Notes under the pieces: model-generated
Databases searched by the model: none
Told to the model about the DNA's origin: nothing
Seen by the model: the letters and a program-made list of their open reading frames with translations, nothing else
Translations under genes and position numbers: made by a program
Shown: piece by piece, positions 9,623 to 17,553 of the stretch
How the letters are laid out: every line of letters starts with the position of its first letter
How positions within the stretch are numbered: the stretch's first letter is position 1
Origin: an uncultured Collinsella sp.
GTDB taxonomy: Bacteria > Actinomycetota > Coriobacteriia > Coriobacteriales > Coriobacteriaceae
Direction of reading: 5' to 3'
NCBI GenBank assembly: GCA_900542305.1
Contig: UQMU01000007.1
Coordinates: 7,579 to 71,578 of the forward strand
Length of the DNA: 64,000 bases

Positions 9623-9656
9623 ATTGTGGCTCTTGACAGCGGATTGGGTCATATGA

Positions 9657-9799
9657 GCGAAAGCCCGCCAGAGCGAGCAAGGTGACGTGAAAGAGGAGGG
9701 CATAGGCCTTTTGGCCATGCCCGACGATTGAACGTCAGATTGCCGCTCTGGCGGGCTTGCAGCGTCGAGCGGTTCCGGCGTTTGGTAAAACGCCGGAAC
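9657..9799 (+). repeat. Right part of dispersed structured repeat (IS110 target); left part at ~8069-8087
   Basis: Colinear with the reverse complement of 57569-57730, with compensatory stem changes. Confidence 0.88.
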
Positions 9800-9807
9800 A
9801 CAAGAGC

Positions 9808-9838
9808 GCCCCCTCCCGCGCACGGAACGGGAGGGGGC
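9808..9838 (-). terminator. Hairpin downstream of the arc cluster
   Basis: GCCCCCTCCCG/CGGGAGGGGGC 11-bp stem. Confidence 0.5.
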
Positions 9839-9940
9839 TAAAGGTAGGAGTCTACCGGTGGGTTGACCCCACCGGACAGACGATGACCAGGTGATCCTTT
9901 ACAGGATCGTCAAGGTTTCCGTGGGGTACCCGTTGGGTAC

Positions 9941-11419
9941 TTAGAGCAGCACGCAGGCGACGGTCAGGATGACGGCGCAGACGACGGAGAGAGCGACGAT
10001 GAGCTTAAGGGCAAACTTGAGCCAGGTCGTCCACTCGATCTTGGCCAGGGCGAGACCGCCCATGATGGCACCGGAGGTCGGGGTGAACAGGTTCACGACA
10101 CCGATAGCAGCGGAGAAGATCATGACCATGACCTCGGGCGAGAAGCCGAGCTTAACAGCCAGCGGTCCCATGATGGGCATGGAGACGGTAGCCATACCAG
10201 AGGTCGAGGGGATCAGGAAGGACAGGCCGAAGTAGACCAGGAAGCTCATGGGAGCGAAGATCACGCCGGACAGGCCAGCCAGAGCATTGGCGGCAGCGTC
10301 GAGGACGTAGACGTCGAGGCCGGTGTTAGCCATGAGGACGGAGATACCACGGGCGAGGGCGATGACGAGAACAACGGACATCATGTCGGCAGCGCCGGTG
10401 ATGAAGGTGTTAACGATCTGCTTCTCGGACAGGCCACCGATGATACCGATCAGGACGGCCATGAGGAAGAACCAGGTGGAAGCCTCGTCGAAGTACCACT
10501 GGCCAATGGGCAGGCCGGTGATCAGGGCAGACCAGCCCTGGACGACGGCGTTACCGTCGGCGTCGTAGACGGCGCCAGCGTCGAAGAAGTTGGCGACGCC
10601 CTCGTTGAGGTCGGCCAGCGGAATGAAGCCGACGATCATGACGACGAAGGTGAAGGCGAAGGCAATCAGAACACCCTTCTGACGACCGGTGAGCTTGACC
10701 TCCTTGTGGACCTCGGAAGCAGCCTTGCCGTGAGCCTCTTCGGCGTCCTTGAGCTCCTGCATCGACAGGATGGTGGAACCCTTGTCAGCCTTGACCTTCT
10801 TGGCATAGTTCATCACGAAGACGATGGACATAGCGGTAGTGACAATCCACAGGACGGCACCGAGGCCGATGATGATGGACTGGTTGACCTCAATGCCAAC
10901 GCCGGTCAGAGCGTCGACGGCAGCGCCGACGGCGAACGGGTTAACCGTGGAGCCCAGGCAGCCGCAGCCAGCGCCGAGCAGGACGGTAGCGGCACCGACC
11001 ATGGGGTCGAAGCCAGCGGCCATCATGGTAGCGGCGAGCAGGGCGTAGAAGGGAACGGTCTCCTCGCACATACCATAGGTGGTACCACCGAGGGAGAAGA
11101 TGAGCATCAGCACGGGAATGAGCATAATCTCGTTGCCCTTAAGCTTCTGCACCAGAACGGCAATGCCGTTGTCCAGGGCGCCGGTCTCGGTCATCATGCC
11201 GAGGAAGCCGCCCAGGATCATAACGAAGAGGCAGACGGGCAGAGCGTCAGCGAAGCCCAGGATCGGGGCGGTGCAGAAATCGCTCAGACGGGCTGCGGTA
11301 ACCGCGCCACCGGACGTACCGGAGACGATAACGGTAATCACTGCGACAATTGCCAGCAGAGCAAGAAGAATGGTGAACGATGAAGGCATACCGCGCTTTT
11401 TCTTAGCGGTCTCAGTCAT
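9941..11419 (-). CDS. YfcC-family arginine/ornithine antiporter (ArcD-like)
   Basis: MPSSFTIL, GGTTYGMCEET, STVNPFAVG, IPSTSG, TPTSG motifs; directly downstream of OTCase. Confidence 0.85.
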   Translation of the reverse strand: MTETAKKKRGMPSSFTILLALLAIVAVITVIVSGTSGGAVTAARLSDFCTAPILGFADALPVCLFVMILGGFLGMMTETGALDNGIAVLVQKLKGNEIMLIPVLMLIFSLGGTTYGMCEETVPFYALLAATMMAAGFDPMVGAATVLLGAGCGCLGSTVNPFAVGAAVDALTGVGIEVNQSIIIGLGAVLWIVTTAMSIVFVMNYAKKVKADKGSTILSMQELKDAEEAHGKAASEVHKEVKLTGRQKGVLIAFAFTFVVMIVGFIPLADLNEGVANFFDAGAVYDADGNAVVQGWSALITGLPIGQWYFDEASTWFFLMAVLIGIIGGLSEKQIVNTFITGAADMMSVVLVIALARGISVLMANTGLDVYVLDAAANALAGLSGVIFAPMSFLVYFGLSFLIPSTSGMATVSMPIMGPLAVKLGFSPEVMVMIFSAAIGVVNLFTPTSGAIMGGLALAKIEWTTWLKFALKLIVALSVVCAVILTVACVLL

Positions 11420-11519
11420 AGTTCTCATCCCCCCTTCATAAATCATTTACTGATCTCGCCCGAAGCGGCTCTTCCGTGCCGTGCCTGCCGCTTGATGCGA
11501 GATTATTACCAGATAAAAC

Positions 11520-11551
11520 CGCTCGGGGTGTGCAGCAATACACCCCGAGCG
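11520..11551 (-). terminator. Hairpin between OTCase and antiporter genes
   Basis: CGCTCGGGGTGT/ACACCCCGAGCG stem followed by TTTT on the minus strand. Confidence 0.55.
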
Positions 11552-11566
11552 AGATGCTAGATGCTC

Positions 11567-12562
11567 TTACTTGAGCGTGGCGTACATGACAGCCTTGATG
11601 GTGTGCATGCGGTTCTCAGCCTCGTCGAAGACCTTGGAAGCGGGGCTCTCGAAGACCTCGTCGGTGACCTCCTGCTCGGTGATGCCGAACTGCTCGCACT
11701 TCTCGGCGCCAATGGTGGTGTTGGTGTCGTGGAAGCTGGGCAGGCAGTGCAGGAAGATGGCACCCGGGTTGGCCATAGCCATGACGTCGGAGGTGACACG
11801 ATACGGGGTGAGCTGAGCGATGCGCTCGGCCCAGACCTCGTCGGGCTCGCCCATGGAGACCCACACGTCGGTGTAGATAACGTCGGCACCGGTGACGCCG
11901 TCCTTGACGTCGGTGGTCAGCTTGATGGTGCAGCCATTGGCCTCGGCGATGGGCTTGCAGGCCTCGATGACGTCGTCAGCGGGCATGCACTCCTCGGGGC
12001 CGCAGGCCACGAAGTTCATACCGAGCTTGGAGCAGACAACCATGAGGGAGCGAGCGACGTTGTTCTTGCAGTCGCCCATGAAGACGAGGGTCTTGCCCTT
12101 GATGTCGTAGTTGAAGTTCTCCTGGACGGTCAGGATGTCGGCGAGCATCTGGGTGGGGTGCCACTCGGTGGTCAGGCCGTTCCACACGGGCACGCCGGAC
12201 TTGGCAGCGAGCTCCTCGACGTCGTCCTGGGCAAAGCCACGGAACTCGATGCCGTCATACATGCGGCCGAGAACGCGGGCGGTGTCCTCGATGGACTCCT
12301 TCTTGCCCATCTGCGACGAACCGGGATCGAGGTAGGTGACGCCCATGCCCAGATCCATGCCGCCGACCTCGAAGGCGCAGCGGGTACGAGTGGAAGTCTT
12401 CTGGAAGAGCAGAACGATGTTCTTACCCTCGAGATAGCGGTGCGGAACGCCAGCGCGCTTCATGTCCTTGAAGTTCTTGGAGAGCTTGAGCAGGTACTCG
12501 ATCTCCTCGGTGGTGAGGTCGAGGAGCTTGAGGAAGCTACGGCCGGAGAGGTTAACACCCAT
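11567..12562 (-). CDS. arcB: Ornithine carbamoyltransferase (catabolic, ArcB/ArgF)
   Basis: STRTR, HPTQ, TDVWVSMG, HCLP motifs; adjacent to arcA. Confidence 0.95.
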   Translation of the reverse strand: MGVNLSGRSFLKLLDLTTEEIEYLLKLSKNFKDMKRAGVPHRYLEGKNIVLLFQKTSTRTRCAFEVGGMDLGMGVTYLDPGSSQMGKKESIEDTARVLGRMYDGIEFRGFAQDDVEELAAKSGVPVWNGLTTEWHPTQMLADILTVQENFNYDIKGKTLVFMGDCKNNVARSLMVVCSKLGMNFVACGPEECMPADDVIEACKPIAEANGCTIKLTTDVKDGVTGADVIYTDVWVSMGEPDEVWAERIAQLTPYRVTSDVMAMANPGAIFLHCLPSFHDTNTTIGAEKCEQFGITEQEVTDEVFESPASKVFDEAENRMHTIKAVMYATLK

Positions 12563-12668
12563 GGTTTGTTTCCTTTCGAAGAAATGAATTACATAAGTAA
12601 TTAGTGTAGCCCGTTTGACAGGCGAAACCGGTGCGGTTGTAGGGGGACCGCACCGGAAACGGAAAGAC

Positions 12669-13910
12669 TTAGAGGTCCTCGCGCCAGAAGGGCATGCTCA
12701 TGCAGCGCGGGCCGCCGCGGCCGCGGGAGAGCTCGGCGGAGGGCACGACGAGAAGGTCCAGGCCCTCCTTGTACAGCACGTCGTTGGTGACGGTGTTGCG
12801 GGCGTAGACGCAGATCTTGCCGGGCTCGACGCACAGGGTGTTGGAGCCGTCGTTCCACTGCTCGCGGGAGGCCGCGATCGGGTCGCCGCCGCCGCAGGGG
12901 ATCAGCTTGACCTGGTCGACGCCGGTGGCGTCCTCCAGGACGTGCTCGAGGGTGTCCTCGATCAGGCGGATGTTCACGTCGCCCGGGTTCTTGCCGGCGG
13001 TCAGCTCGTAGACGCGCAGGGTGCCCATGATGGCGGGGTGGATCGTGAACTTATCGACGTCGATCTGTGTGAAGACCGTGTCGAGGTGCATGAAGGCGCG
13101 CGAGACCGGGATGTCGAAGGCCAGGATGCGCTCGACCTTGGAGTCGGAGTTCCAGAAGATGTTCTGGGCCATGACGTCGATCGCGGCGGCCTGGGTGCGC
13201 TGGGAGATGCCGACGGCGAGGGTCTTCTCGTTGATGTTCAGCACGTCGCCGCCCTCGGTGTGGAACTGGCAGTCGCGGCGGAAGTACAGCGAGACGTCCT
13301 TGTAGTCGGGGTGGTACTTGAAGACGTACTTGCCGTACAGGGTCTCGCGGTTGCGGGTGACCGAGTACATGCGGTTGAGGTTGACGCCCTCGCCGACGAC
13401 CGCGAACGGGTCGCGGGTGAAGTAGAGGTTGGGCATCGGGTCGATGATCAGGTCGGACTCGGACTCGGAGTTGACCAGGGAGTCGAGGGTCGTGGACGCC
13501 GTGAGGGGCATGTCGATCTCGGCCTTGGTCATGCCGGCCATGGTCTTCTTGACGAACTCGAGGTTGTCCTCGATGGAGTCCAGCTTCTCGCGGACGATCT
13601 GCGGCATGTGCTGGCCGCGGATGCCGGCCTCGGCGATGTACTGGTCGGTGAACTCGGCGCGGGCGCCGGGGACCTGGTCGAACACCTCGGCGACGAGGTT
13701 CTCGAGGTAGAGGACCTCCACGCCCTGGTCCCTCAGGATCTGGGCGAAGGTGTCGTGCTCCTGCTGCGCGACCTCCAGGAACGGGACGTCGTCGAACAGG
13801 AGTCGCTCGAGCTCGTCGGGCGGCAGGTTGAGGAGCTCGTCGCCGGGACGGTGCAGGCAGACCTTCCTGAGCTTGCCGATCTCGGAAGGCACGTGCAGAC
13901 CTTTCGTCAT
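12669..13910 (-). CDS. arcA: Arginine deiminase, copy 1
   Basis: SEIGKL, NLYFTRD, EGGD, MHLDT, ELSRGRGGPRCMSMP motifs. Confidence 0.97.
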   Translation of the reverse strand: MTKGLHVPSEIGKLRKVCLHRPGDELLNLPPDELERLLFDDVPFLEVAQQEHDTFAQILRDQGVEVLYLENLVAEVFDQVPGARAEFTDQYIAEAGIRGQHMPQIVREKLDSIEDNLEFVKKTMAGMTKAEIDMPLTASTTLDSLVNSESESDLIIDPMPNLYFTRDPFAVVGEGVNLNRMYSVTRNRETLYGKYVFKYHPDYKDVSLYFRRDCQFHTEGGDVLNINEKTLAVGISQRTQAAAIDVMAQNIFWNSDSKVERILAFDIPVSRAFMHLDTVFTQIDVDKFTIHPAIMGTLRVYELTAGKNPGDVNIRLIEDTLEHVLEDATGVDQVKLIPCGGGDPIAASREQWNDGSNTLCVEPGKICVYARNTVTNDVLYKEGLDLLVVPSAELSRGRGGPRCMSMPFWREDL

Positions 13911-14031
13911 GGCCTCCTACCTTTCTTTCGGGCCCCTGTCAGGGCCGATTCGTTAGCGCCCCTCCGTGTGAGGCGTTATTGCTGACGACATATTTATATC
14001 CAAAATCAGTTCATACTTCCACCTCGCCCCC

Positions 14032-14058
14032 GAACGGTTTTATATGAGGGGTGAACGG
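14032..14058 (-). promoter_or_regulatory. CCGTTC direct repeat with 21-bp period upstream of arcA copy 1
   Basis: GAACGG at 14032 and 14053; conserved at 17124/17145 although the spacer has diverged. Confidence 0.55.
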
Positions 14059-14396
14059 CATACACATATACTTCACGCATGGCACACTTTGATTTAATAA
14101 AGTTTATTTACGTGCTTAAACGCGTTTTCAATCCAGATAGCAAATGGAACTAAACTTTATTAAACCACCCTCAAATTGCATATTTCCAATAAAGCTATGA
14201 ATAGAATTAGCGGTTCGTACTGCGTCTCAACCATTTTCATTTTTATTCAGAAAAAAGTTTGTCCTATTCATTTCTGGTAAACAAATTACCGTTTACCAGA
14301 CGCTTGATACCGTTCACCGGAAGCTCAGTATAAGGCCCAGCGGATACCGACTCGCTTTACGGCCCCATTTGTAACAACTTGACTTCTCGGTATAGA

Positions 14397-14435
14397 AAAA
14401 CGGACCCGCTTCCCCTAGGGAAACGGGTCCGTTTT
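14397..14435. terminator. Intrinsic, probably bidirectional terminator after the aminotransferase
   Basis: AAAACGGACCCG...CGGGTCCGTTTT. Confidence 0.7.
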
Positions 14436-14484
14436 CGATTATCTTCGGCCAATTTTGATAAGGCCCTCGAAGATCATCGGAATC

Positions 14485-15609
14485 CTAGCGATCAAACTCC
14501 GCCAGTGCCTCGCCCAAAAGCCTCAGGCCCTCGCGCAGAACGTCCTCGCTCGCGCAGTAGCCCAGGCGTGCGCCACAGGGAAGCTCAAAGCGGCTGCCGG
14601 GTACCAGCAGCACTCCCCTCTCGGACAGCAGGCGCTTGCAGAACTCCTCGTCGTCCTCGGGAATATCCAGCTGGATAAACGAGGTAGACACGCCCTGTGG
14701 GGCCGTCCAGGAAACGCGATGCTGCGTATCGATCCAAGCCTGCGCGATATCGCGGTTGCCAAACACGATCTTGCGATTGCGCTCGAGGATCTTGTCCTTG
14801 TGCTCAAGCACATAGGTCGCCAAGGCGTCGTTGAACACACCGCCGCAGATCATGGTGTAATCGCGATAGGTACGGATGCGGTTGGACACCTCTTCGTCGG
14901 CCACGACCCAGCCCACGCGGGCCGCAGGCGTCGAATAGGTCTTCGACAACGAGTTGGTGACAATGGCCCTCTCGTACACGTCGACCATCGACATAAAGGA
15001 CTCAGTGTTCTCGAGCGGCAGATACACCTCGTCACACAGCACGTAGGCGCCCACCGAACGGGCGATCTCGGCAATCTGGCCGAGCATATCGGCATCAAGC
15101 ACCGCACCGATGGGGTTCGATGCGTTGTTGATGCAGATGAGCTTGGTGTTGGGGCGCACCAAGCGCTTGAGTTCCCCGATATCGGGCTTCCAGCCGAGTT
15201 CCTCGCGTAGCTTCCAATAATCGACCTCGGCGCCCAGCGTGCGCGGAATCTCGTAGAGTGGCGCGTAGGTGGGCCACTCGGCGATAACGTGGTCGCCGGG
15301 CTCGACCACAGCCATGATGGCGTTGAGGTTAGCGCCCGTGCAGCCATTGGTCTGCAGAATGTGATCGGGATTGACCTCGCGACGATACAGCTTGGCAACC
15401 TCGGCCTTAAACTCCGGCGAGCCCTCGATCCAGCCGTAGTTCATCTTCTCGCGGTCCAGGCGCTCGTAGAACGTGGCGCCGTCCTGCTCATCGAGCGCGC
15501 GCAGCTCGCCCATGGTGAGCGACGAGATCGTCGACTGGGCGATGTCCCACGTGGCGCTCTTCTCCCAAACGTTGAGCCATTCCTCAACGCCAATCGTCTT
15601 GATGTCCAT
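14485..15609 (-). CDS. Class I/II PLP aminotransferase, ArcT-like
   Basis: GVEEWLN N-terminus, NNASNPIG, DEVY, SLSKTYS..ARVGW; lies inside the arc cluster. Confidence 0.8.
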   Translation of the reverse strand: MDIKTIGVEEWLNVWEKSATWDIAQSTISSLTMGELRALDEQDGATFYERLDREKMNYGWIEGSPEFKAEVAKLYRREVNPDHILQTNGCTGANLNAIMAVVEPGDHVIAEWPTYAPLYEIPRTLGAEVDYWKLREELGWKPDIGELKRLVRPNTKLICINNASNPIGAVLDADMLGQIAEIARSVGAYVLCDEVYLPLENTESFMSMVDVYERAIVTNSLSKTYSTPAARVGWVVADEEVSNRIRTYRDYTMICGGVFNDALATYVLEHKDKILERNRKIVFGNRDIAQAWIDTQHRVSWTAPQGVSTSFIQLDIPEDDEEFCKRLLSERGVLLVPGSRFELPCGARLGYCASEDVLREGLRLLGEALAEFDR

Positions 15610-15665
15610 GGCCAAGCTCCTTACAAAAGCAGTCATCCAATCGTGTTGACGTTCCTCATACAAGA

Positions 15666-15697
15666 TTGGGGCGGTGCGAAAACCCGCACCGCCCCAA
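15666..15697 (-). terminator. Hairpin after arcA copy 2
   Basis: TTGGGGCGGTGCG/CGCACCGCCCCAA. Confidence 0.5.
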
Positions 15698-15758
15698 TGG
15701 GAGACATCTAATGGCAGCTAGATGTATGTATCAAGACCTGTACGGGTCCTTGAAGACC

Positions 15759-17000
15759 CTAGAGGTCCTCGCGCCAGAAGGGCATGCTCATGCAGCGCGG
15801 GCCGCCGCGGCCGCGGGAGAGCTCGGCGGAGGGCACGACGAGAAGGTCCAGGCCCTCCTTGTACAGCACGTCGTTGGTGACGGTGTTGCGGGCGTAGACG
15901 CAGATCTTGCCGGGCTCGACGCACAGGGTGTTGGAGCCGTCGTTCCACTGCTCGCGGGAGGCCGCGATCGGGTCGCCGCCGCCGCAGGGGATCAGCTTGA
16001 CCTGGTCGACGCCGGTGGCGTCCTCCAGGACGTGCTCGAGGGTGTCCTCGATCAGGCGGATGTTCACGTCGCCCGGGTTCTTGCCGGCGGTCAGCTCGTA
16101 GACGCGCAGGGTGCCCATGATGGCGGGGTGGATCGTGAACTTATCGACGTCGATCTGTGTGAAGACCGTGTCGAGGTGCATGAAGGCGCGCGAGACCGGG
16201 ATGTCGAAGGCCAGGATGCGCTCGACCTTGGAGTCGGAGTTCCAGAAGATGTTCTGGGCCATGACGTCGATCGCGGCGGCCTGGGTGCGCTGGGAGATGC
16301 CGACGGCGAGGGTCTTCTCGTTGATGTTCAGCACGTCGCCGCCCTCGGTGTGGAACTGGCAGTCGCGGCGGAAGTACAGCGAGACGTCCTTGTAGTCGGG
16401 GTGGTACTTGAAGACGTACTTGCCGTACAGGGTCTCGCGGTTGCGGGTGACCGAGTACATGCGGTTGAGGTTGACGCCCTCGCCGACGACCGCGAACGGG
16501 TCGCGGGTGAAGTAGAGGTTGGGCATCGGGTCGATGATCAGGTCGGACTCGGACTCGGAGTTGACCAGGGAGTCGAGGGTCGTGGACGCCGTGAGGGGCA
16601 TGTCGATCTCGGCCTTGGTCATGCCGGCCATGGTCTTCTTGACGAACTCGAGGTTGTCCTCGATGGAGTCCAGCTTCTCGCGGACGATCTGCGGCATGTG
16701 CTGGCCGCGGATGCCGGCCTCGGCGATGTACTGGTCGGTGAACTCGGCGCGGGCGCCGGGGACCTGGTCGAACACCTCGGCGACGAGGTTCTCGAGGTAG
16801 AGGACCTCCACGCCCTGGTCCCTCAGGATCTGGGCGAAGGTGTCGTGCTCCTGCTGCGCGACCTCCAGGAACGGGACGTCGTCGAACAGGAGTCGCTCGA
16901 GCTCGTCGGGCGGCAGGTTGAGGAGCTCGTCGCCGGGACGGTGCAGGCAGACCTTCCTGAGCTTGCCGATCTCGGAAGGCACGTGCAGACCTTTCGTCAT
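15759..17000 (-). CDS. arcA: Arginine deiminase, copy 2 (identical protein)
   Basis: Same 413-aa sequence as copy 1; stop codon TAG versus TAA. Confidence 0.97.
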   Translation of the reverse strand: MTKGLHVPSEIGKLRKVCLHRPGDELLNLPPDELERLLFDDVPFLEVAQQEHDTFAQILRDQGVEVLYLENLVAEVFDQVPGARAEFTDQYIAEAGIRGQHMPQIVREKLDSIEDNLEFVKKTMAGMTKAEIDMPLTASTTLDSLVNSESESDLIIDPMPNLYFTRDPFAVVGEGVNLNRMYSVTRNRETLYGKYVFKYHPDYKDVSLYFRRDCQFHTEGGDVLNINEKTLAVGISQRTQAAAIDVMAQNIFWNSDSKVERILAFDIPVSRAFMHLDTVFTQIDVDKFTIHPAIMGTLRVYELTAGKNPGDVNIRLIEDTLEHVLEDATGVDQVKLIPCGGGDPIAASREQWNDGSNTLCVEPGKICVYARNTVTNDVLYKEGLDLLVVPSAELSRGRGGPRCMSMPFWREDL

Positions 17001-17123
17001 GGCCTCCTACCTTTCTTTCGGGCCCCTGTCAGGGCCGATTCGTTAGCGCCCCTCCGTATGGGACGCTGCTTGCTGACAGCTCTAGTTATATCCAAAAACC
17101 ACCTGCAATTCCACCTCGCCCCC

Positions 17124-17150
17124 GAACGGTCAGCAAAGTGCGATGAACGG
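17124..17150 (-). promoter_or_regulatory. CCGTTC direct repeat with 21-bp period upstream of arcA copy 2
   Basis: GAACGG at 17124 and 17145. Confidence 0.55.
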
Positions 17151-17553
17151 TATATCGCATATGATTCCCCCATGATGCACTTCGGTTCTCTAAAGCAGGT
17201 TTTCAAAGGTAAATGTTCTTTTTTCTAAGGAATTAAGCTAGATTGCACAAATATTTTCATGTTTAGGAATTGCATAGCTAAAACGGTTTTCTGCATATAT
17301 ATGTCGTTTGTCCATGATTCAATTTGGATTCGATTATATTCAGCTCGCAATCATTCTTATTCATACATCCTCACCAGTTGAGTATGGATATAGATTGTTT
17401 CCAAACGAGTTGGACAGTTAGTTGCATGCCTTGGCAGCGTAAGAAGTAGGTAAAGATACCGTTCACGCGATACGTCCGTGCCAGCGGTCGACTAAATTGA
17501 GACAATAGTGAAAAGTGTTAGGCTACCGTCCTCTGTGGGGACTGAACGGACAG

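Larger units (their letters stand above)
8088..9656 (+). mobile_element. IS110-family insertion sequence inserted into a dispersed structured repeat
   Basis: Contains a DEDD transposase. Joining 8069-8087 to 9657 onward restores a sequence colinear with the reverse complement of 57569-57730. 14-bp inverted repeat at 8130-8143/9640-9653; TTGACA at 9633-9638. The left boundary could alternatively be ~8124. Confidence 0.85.
12670..17057. repeat. Direct duplication: 12670-13967 = 15760-17057 (offset 3090)
   Basis: No differences seen by eye over arcA and ~57 bp of leader; homology continues upstream but is diverged. Confidence 0.95.

Noticed and set aside
8079..9653. CATA at 8079-8082 and 9650-9653 as the IS core or target duplication
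   Set aside because: Gives an empty site 2 nt shorter than the intact repeat and fits the candidate guides less well than the other boundary models
8059..9656. Long alternative ORFs over the IS (8059-9624 minus, 8367-9656 plus, 8174-8842 plus)
   Set aside because: Arg/Pro/Gly-rich shadow frames of a very GC-rich transposase, with no recognisable motifs
12615..17228. 456-aa and 520-aa plus-strand ORFs antisense to the arcA copies
   Set aside because: Antisense shadows caused by strong codon bias
17230..17370. Possible ArgR boxes (TGCATA/TATTCA half-sites), also at 14170-14270
   Set aside because: Only half-sites in AT-rich DNA; I could not define a full box with confidence
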